From contig JABDIY010000009.1 in assembly GCA_013003535.1 (NCBI GenBank), positions 13,451-77,450 on the forward strand: DNA of 64,000 bases, given 5' to 3'. Below are positions 57,740 through 64,000 of the stretch, one piece after another. How positions within the stretch are numbered: position 1 is the stretch's first letter; each line of letters opens with the position of its first letter. Under the pieces are notes generated by a model. That model had not been told where the DNA came from. It searched no databases and worked only from the letters and a program-made list of their open reading frames with translations. This DNA comes from Acidimicrobiales bacterium. GTDB lineage: Bacteria; Actinomycetota; Acidimicrobiia; Acidimicrobiales; SZUA-35. The position numbers were made by a program, and so were the translations under genes.

Positions 57740-58524
57740 GCGGACCGGCTCTTGCCGAGGAGCCAGAAAACCGAAAACCAGAACACCATGATGATGGCGG
57801 CGACGATGCCGTCCATCCAGAAATGATTGGCCGTCACCATCACCACCCACCAGGTGAGCACAGCATGGCTGACGCCGATCACCTTCACCCACCATCGGGA
57901 AGCGAACCGTAAGGTGAGAACGCCGACAAAAAGCGCCCACCCCACGTGAATTGATGGCATGGCCTGGAGCTGCCCAATCGACTCCCGGCCAAGAGCGGAA
58001 TACACCGACTGGTTGTAAACGATCGCCGTATCGATCATCCCGGTGACGTCCACAAAACGAGGCGGGGCGACCGCAACGAGCTGAATGAGAAGTGATGTGC
58101 CCGTGAACAACGCCATCTGGGTGCGGAACGCCGGGTAGGAATCCCGGTGGCTGTAGAACATCCAGAGGAGAACCGCCCCGAATGCGGGAACGTGCGCAAC
58201 GGCGTAATAGATATTGGCCGCTTTCACCAACCACGCCGACGGCAGGATCATCTCCTGCAACCAGTCCTCGCTGGGCAACCCGATCCACTGTTGGAACTCC
58301 CATAGGCGTTCGCCTCGCTCGATTGCCTGATCGGCCCCAAACGCCTGGATACGGCCGCCGAGATTCCAGATGGCATAGAGCCCCGACACGATGCTGAATT
58401 CACGAGCGAAAGACCGGGTGAACTGCCACGCCGGTTTCTCGGTGTTGATGAGGCCGATGAGGTACCAGACGACTAAGGCCACAAGGGCCCCGCCCAGCCC
58501 CCAACGCCAGCTGAGCCACTTCAC
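57736..58524 (-). CDS. PAP2-superfamily membrane protein (PAP2_3 / Aur1-like)
   Basis: AMPSIHVGWA and TANHFWMDGI motifs, about 6 TM helices. Convergent 4-nt overlap with the dehalogenase gene. Confidence 0.7.
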   Translation of the reverse strand: MKWLSWRWGLGGALVALVVWYLIGLINTEKPAWQFTRSFAREFSIVSGLYAIWNLGGRIQAFGADQAIERGERLWEFQQWIGLPSEDWLQEMILPSAWLVKAANIYYAVAHVPAFGAVLLWMFYSHRDSYPAFRTQMALFTGTSLLIQLVAVAPPRFVDVTGMIDTAIVYNQSVYSALGRESIGQLQAMPSIHVGWALFVGVLTLRFASRWWVKVIGVSHAVLTWWVVMVTANHFWMDGIVAAIIMVFWFSVFWLLGKSRSA

Positions 58525-58610
58525 CGATCGGATTCTACCCGGGCCGTACCTTACGGCTCGGGCACCGCCGACATGTGCTCCCGGAATAGGGGGCTCCTAT
58601 TCTCAAGGTC

Positions 58611-60032
58611 GTGCCATCCTCGCAACCAAACCTCCTGTTCATCATGAGCGACGACCACGCCGCCCACGCCATCGGCGCCTACGGCAGCGTGATCAACCAG
58701 ACCCCCCACCTGGACCGCATCGCTGATGGAGGAATGCTGTTCAACTCCTGCTTCTGCACCAACAGCATCTGCACCCCGAGCCGCGCCGCCATCCTCACCG
58801 GCAATCACAACCATGTGAATGGCGTAACCACGCTGGACACGCCGATGGACAACCGGTTGGAGACGTTCCCCAAGCTGCTCCAGCGCGCCGGTTATCAGAC
58901 AGCGATGATCGGCAAGTGGCACCTGGGTCACGGCCCGCAGTACGATCCCACCGGCTTTGACTTTTGGCGGGTACTGCCCGGTCAAGGTCACTACCACAAT
59001 CCGGTGATGCTCCAGGCTCGAACGGATGGCGAGCCGGGTTATGACGTTCTGGAGCGCAGTGGTTACGTGACCGAACTCATCACCGATGACTGCCTCGAGT
59101 GGCTTGGCGCAGTCGACAGCGAGCGCCCGTGGCTGCTCCTCTGCCATCACAAAGCTCCGCATCGCACATGGGAACCGAGCAAGAAACACTTCACTTTGTA
59201 TGACGGAATCGAGGTCCCCGAGCCACAAACCATGTGGGACGATCACGAGACACGCGCCCAGGTGGTGCAGGCCGTGGAGATGCGCCTGATGGACCTGGAT
59301 CCGATCATCGACTTGAAATCACCGGTCCCTGCTGGGCTATCCAGAGCTGAGGAGATCAGGTGGCGGTATCAACGCTACATCAAGGACTACCTACGGACGA
59401 TCGCCAGCGTGGATGACTCTGTTGGCCAGTTGCTCGATTATTTGGAGGCCACCGGTCAGGCCGAGAACACGGTGGTGGTTTACACCAGTGACCAGGGGTT
59501 TTTCCTCGGAGATCACGGCTGGTTTGACAAACGGCTGATGTATGAGGAATCACTCAGGATGCCGTTCATGGTGCGCTACCCCAGGCTGATCGAGCCCGGT
59601 GGTGTGCACGAGGGAATGGTCACCAACGTGGACTTTGCCCCCACCTTCCTGGAATTGGTCGGCATTGAAGCTCCAGCCGAGATGCAGGGTCGGAGCATTG
59701 TGCCGCTCTTAAAAGGAGAACTGCCCGACGACTGGCCGTCGTCCATGTACTACCGCTACTGGATGCACAACGACGGTGCGCATCGTGTGCCGGCGCACTA
59801 CGGGGTCCGGACCGTGACCCATAAACTGATCTGTTACTACAACGATCCGCTCGGACAACTAGGGGCGAACGGGCCGGCCAGTGCAATGGAGTGGGAACTG
59901 TTCGATTTGGAGGCCGACCCGTTCGAAATGGTCAACGTTGCAAACCGGCCAGAGTATGCAACTGTACGAAATGAACTCGAAAGAGAGTTGGCCCGCCTGC
60001 AACAAGAACTCGGCGACACGCCGGCTCTCTAG
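58611..60032 (+). CDS. formylglycine-dependent sulfatase
   Basis: LLFIMSDDH and CTPSRAAILTG (C-x-P-x-R). GKWHLG. Confidence 0.9.
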   Translation: MPSSQPNLLFIMSDDHAAHAIGAYGSVINQTPHLDRIADGGMLFNSCFCTNSICTPSRAAILTGNHNHVNGVTTLDTPMDNRLETFPKLLQRAGYQTAMIGKWHLGHGPQYDPTGFDFWRVLPGQGHYHNPVMLQARTDGEPGYDVLERSGYVTELITDDCLEWLGAVDSERPWLLLCHHKAPHRTWEPSKKHFTLYDGIEVPEPQTMWDDHETRAQVVQAVEMRLMDLDPIIDLKSPVPAGLSRAEEIRWRYQRYIKDYLRTIASVDDSVGQLLDYLEATGQAENTVVVYTSDQGFFLGDHGWFDKRLMYEESLRMPFMVRYPRLIEPGGVHEGMVTNVDFAPTFLELVGIEAPAEMQGRSIVPLLKGELPDDWPSSMYYRYWMHNDGAHRVPAHYGVRTVTHKLICYYNDPLGQLGANGPASAMEWELFDLEADPFEMVNVANRPEYATVRNELERELARLQQELGDTPAL

Positions 60033-60048
60033 TTGGACCAAAACGAAA

Positions 60049-60072
60049 GCGACCGGCCTTATGGCCGGTCGC
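60049..60072 (-). terminator. intrinsic terminator downstream of groEL
   Basis: Perfect 10-bp stem gcgaccggcc/ggccggtcgc with a 4-nt loop. On the minus strand it is followed by TTTCGTTTTGG. Confidence 0.7.
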
Positions 60073-60099
60073 TAGCAAACATTCAGCCGTTGGGCTGGG

Positions 60100-62038
<1,939 letters not shown>

Positions 62039-62050
62039 GCGTGCATGCCT

Positions 62051-62077
62051 CCAATGGCGATTAGCACTCTCAATGGA
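62051..62077 (-). promoter_or_regulatory. CIRCE (HrcA operator) upstream of groES
   Basis: TTAGCACTC-n9-GAGTGCTGA, one mismatch to the consensus inverted repeat, 13 nt upstream of the groES start. Confidence 0.85.
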
Positions 62078-62131
62078 CGAGTGCTGATTCTAGAAACATC
62101 TGAGCGAACCCCCACCCAAAATCTCGAGAAA

Positions 62132-62158
62132 TTGGCAGTTGAGCCCCGCGAGTGCCAA
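62132..62158 (-). promoter_or_regulatory. second, degenerate CIRCE-like inverted repeat
   Basis: TTGGCAGTT-n9-GAGTGCCAA with the same 9-n9-9 geometry. Confidence 0.45.
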
Positions 62159-62193
62159 TCCGGGCTCAGAGTTGAGACCGGGGTCGCCTGAAA

Positions 62194-62589
62194 TCAGCCC
62201 ATCGCCGTGGTGTGCTCGGGCTTCACGCGAACCACTACCCGCTCGTCTCCGGGCTGATGGAAGGGATAGTCATCCACGCCCATGTACTTCTTGGCCATCG
62301 AGTCGATAAAGGCATTCTCCGGATCATCGTCGATCCGCGCCACCGTGCCGCGAATTTCCAGATACCGGTATGAGTTTTCTGGGTCCGTGGCGCTCAAGGC
62401 GACGGCCGGATTGGCTTGAAGGTTGCGATACTTCTGCCGGGTCTTGGTCAGGGAGAAGGTCACGTGGCCCTCATCATCGGTGCCGGCCCAAACCGGCGTG
62501 GACTGGGGGTCACCATCGGGTCCGATCGTTGCAACGTGCCAGAAGGCAACCTTGCCGAGAATGTCTGCGTAAGCATCGGGAACTGTCAT
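62194..62589 (-). CDS. PPOX-class split-barrel flavin/F420-binding protein
   Basis: WHVATIGPDGDPQSTPVW...YRNLQANPAVALS...YLEIRG is typical of the pyridoxamine-5-phosphate-oxidase family. Confidence 0.75.
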   Translation of the reverse strand: MTVPDAYADILGKVAFWHVATIGPDGDPQSTPVWAGTDDEGHVTFSLTKTRQKYRNLQANPAVALSATDPENSYRYLEIRGTVARIDDDPENAFIDSMAKKYMGVDDYPFHQPGDERVVVRVKPEHTTAMG

Positions 62590-62665
62590 GGAACCAAACT
62601 AACAGCGGCCACTGGGGAAGCCATCAGAGGGCGCTGGCCACCGACAATGAGCGACGGCAACTGTG

Positions 62666-63676
62666 TCAAAGCCTCAGAGCGGGGGTGGCACCGGTGCTGA
62701 GGCTCGTGGGACCATCGTGGAACAATCGCCAGTGCGCGGCCGCCGCGATCATGGCCGCGTTATCCGTACAAAACTCGCGGGCGGGCACCAGCGAATCGAT
62801 TCCCCGTTCCGCGCATGCCGATGCGAACTCCGACCGAAGCAGCGAGTTGGCAGCAACTCCCCCGCCCAGACATGCCGTAGTGACCCCGTACCGATCCACG
62901 GCGGTCATCGCCTTGGTGACCAACACATCCACCACCGCCTCTTGGAACCCTGCCGCCAAAGCGTCGTTGGGCGTTTCAGGGTGTTTGCGGACGTAGTTGA
63001 TCACCGCCGTCTTCATCCCGCTGAAGCTGAAGTCCAAGCTGTCGTCCATCATCCCGCGCGGGAATTGCACCGGCGCTCCAGACCCTTCTGCCAGAAACTT
63101 CTTGGCCATGCGGTCGATCACGGGTCCGCCCGGATACCCCAAACCCAGGTAGCGGGCCACCTTGTCGAAGGCTTCACCGGCCGCGTCATCCAAGGTCCGG
63201 CCAACCACCTCGTAGTCTCCCAGGTCCCGAATATGAACGATCGAGGTGTGTCCACCGCTCACCAACATAGTGATCATGGGCACCTGGAGGTTAGGGCGCT
63301 CGAGAAACGAAGCGAACAGATGACCTTCGAGATGGTTCACCCCCACATACGGCTTGCCCCACGCCAACGCCAGCGTCTTCGCCGCAGTCACGCCTACCAG
63401 GAGTGCCCCGATGAGGCCAGGCCCGTTGGTTGCTGCGACCGCCGTCAGATCCTGCGGCGACACGCCGGCATCAGTTAAACCTTGCTCGAGCATCGCCTCC
63501 AGCATCTCCAAGTGGGCTCGGCTAGCAACCTCGGGAACAACTCCACCGAAGCGAGCATGAATTTCCACCTGGCTGGACACCACGTTGGAGAGCATCCGGG
63601 TGCCATCGGCTACAACGGACACACTGGTCTCGTCACAGCTGGTTTCAATGGCGAGAACCAGCGATCGTGGTGTCAC
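62666..63676 (-). CDS. tsaD: tRNA N6-adenosine threonylcarbamoyltransferase
   Basis: LAIETSCDETS, NHLEGH, GGVAAN. Confidence 0.95.
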   Translation of the reverse strand: MTPRSLVLAIETSCDETSVSVVADGTRMLSNVVSSQVEIHARFGGVVPEVASRAHLEMLEAMLEQGLTDAGVSPQDLTAVAATNGPGLIGALLVGVTAAKTLALAWGKPYVGVNHLEGHLFASFLERPNLQVPMITMLVSGGHTSIVHIRDLGDYEVVGRTLDDAAGEAFDKVARYLGLGYPGGPVIDRMAKKFLAEGSGAPVQFPRGMMDDSLDFSFSGMKTAVINYVRKHPETPNDALAAGFQEAVVDVLVTKAMTAVDRYGVTTACLGGGVAANSLLRSEFASACAERGIDSLVPAREFCTDNAAMIAAAAHWRLFHDGPTSLSTGATPALRL

Positions 63677-64000
63677 TGAATTGCCTCGCGCGGCAGAGCC
63701 AATCGGTCCAGGAGCTTGATATACGACGGTAGGTGGATGTCATGGGCCCAAAGAATCAAGGCATCCTCGCCGTCTTCATAGTAACTATTGCGAATACCTA
63801 CCGGTCCGAGTCGGAAGCGTCGATAGAGCTCGATGGCAGCATCGTTGCCGTCACGGACCTCGAGAGTTGCGTGGCGGGCACCTGATACGACACTGCGGCG
63901 CAGAACCGTTGCGAGGAGTCGGCGGGCAATCCCCTGTCGCTGAAAGTTGGGCGCCACAGCGATGTTCATGACGTGGACATCATCGCCAACAAACATCACC
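63673..64000 (-). CDS. rimI: ribosomal-protein-alanine N-acetyltransferase (GNAT), N-terminus outside the window
   Basis: NIAVAPNFQRQGIARRLL acetyl-CoA motif. 4-nt overlap with tsaD. The rimI-tsaD-groES-groEL order matches Mycobacterium. Confidence 0.8.
   Translation of the reverse strand, partial: VMFVGDDVHVMNIAVAPNFQRQGIARRLLATVLRRSVVSGARHATLEVRDGNDAAIELYRRFRLGPVGIRNSYYEDGEDALILWAHDIHLPSYIKLLDRLALPREAIQ

Overview
This is a densely coding, high-GC chromosomal window of actinobacterial type (GC judged by eye; phylum inferred from synteny, possibly Acidimicrobiia-like). I found no rRNA, CRISPR array, transposase or integrase. Positions 6.4-33.2 kb hold the conserved actinobacterial supercluster argS-lysA-hom-thrC-rho-rpmE ... 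prfA-prmC ... wecA-atpIBEFHAGDC. It departs from the Mycobacterium order in four ways: the glyA-rpiB-prfA-prmC block is inverted, thrB is absent, there are two b-type stator genes plus a free delta, and two genes are inserted between lysA and hom. The rest is housekeeping and accessory: J-domain protein, PPK2, MhuD-like ABM, glpX, a MoxR/DUF58 triad, tRNA-Arg(CCG), putA, an RqlH-type helicase, a PspC/histidine-kinase/LuxR module, mtnA-mtaD, a haloalkane dehalogenase, a sulfatase, groES-groEL with CIRCE, and tsaD-rimI. Two leads stand out. (1) A TlpA/ResA-like lipoprotein carries an in-frame TGA exactly at the first Cys of WAPW-C-x-x-C, followed by a hairpin, so it is a candidate selenoprotein or else a pseudogene. 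(2) A translationally coupled operon encodes a Cache/HAMP receptor whose class III cyclase domain has lost all four catalytic residues, an MscS channel whose cNMP-binding domain lacks the phosphate-binding Arg, and an orphan solute-binding lipoprotein. All calls come from reading the ORF translations and DNA by eye; no searches were run.
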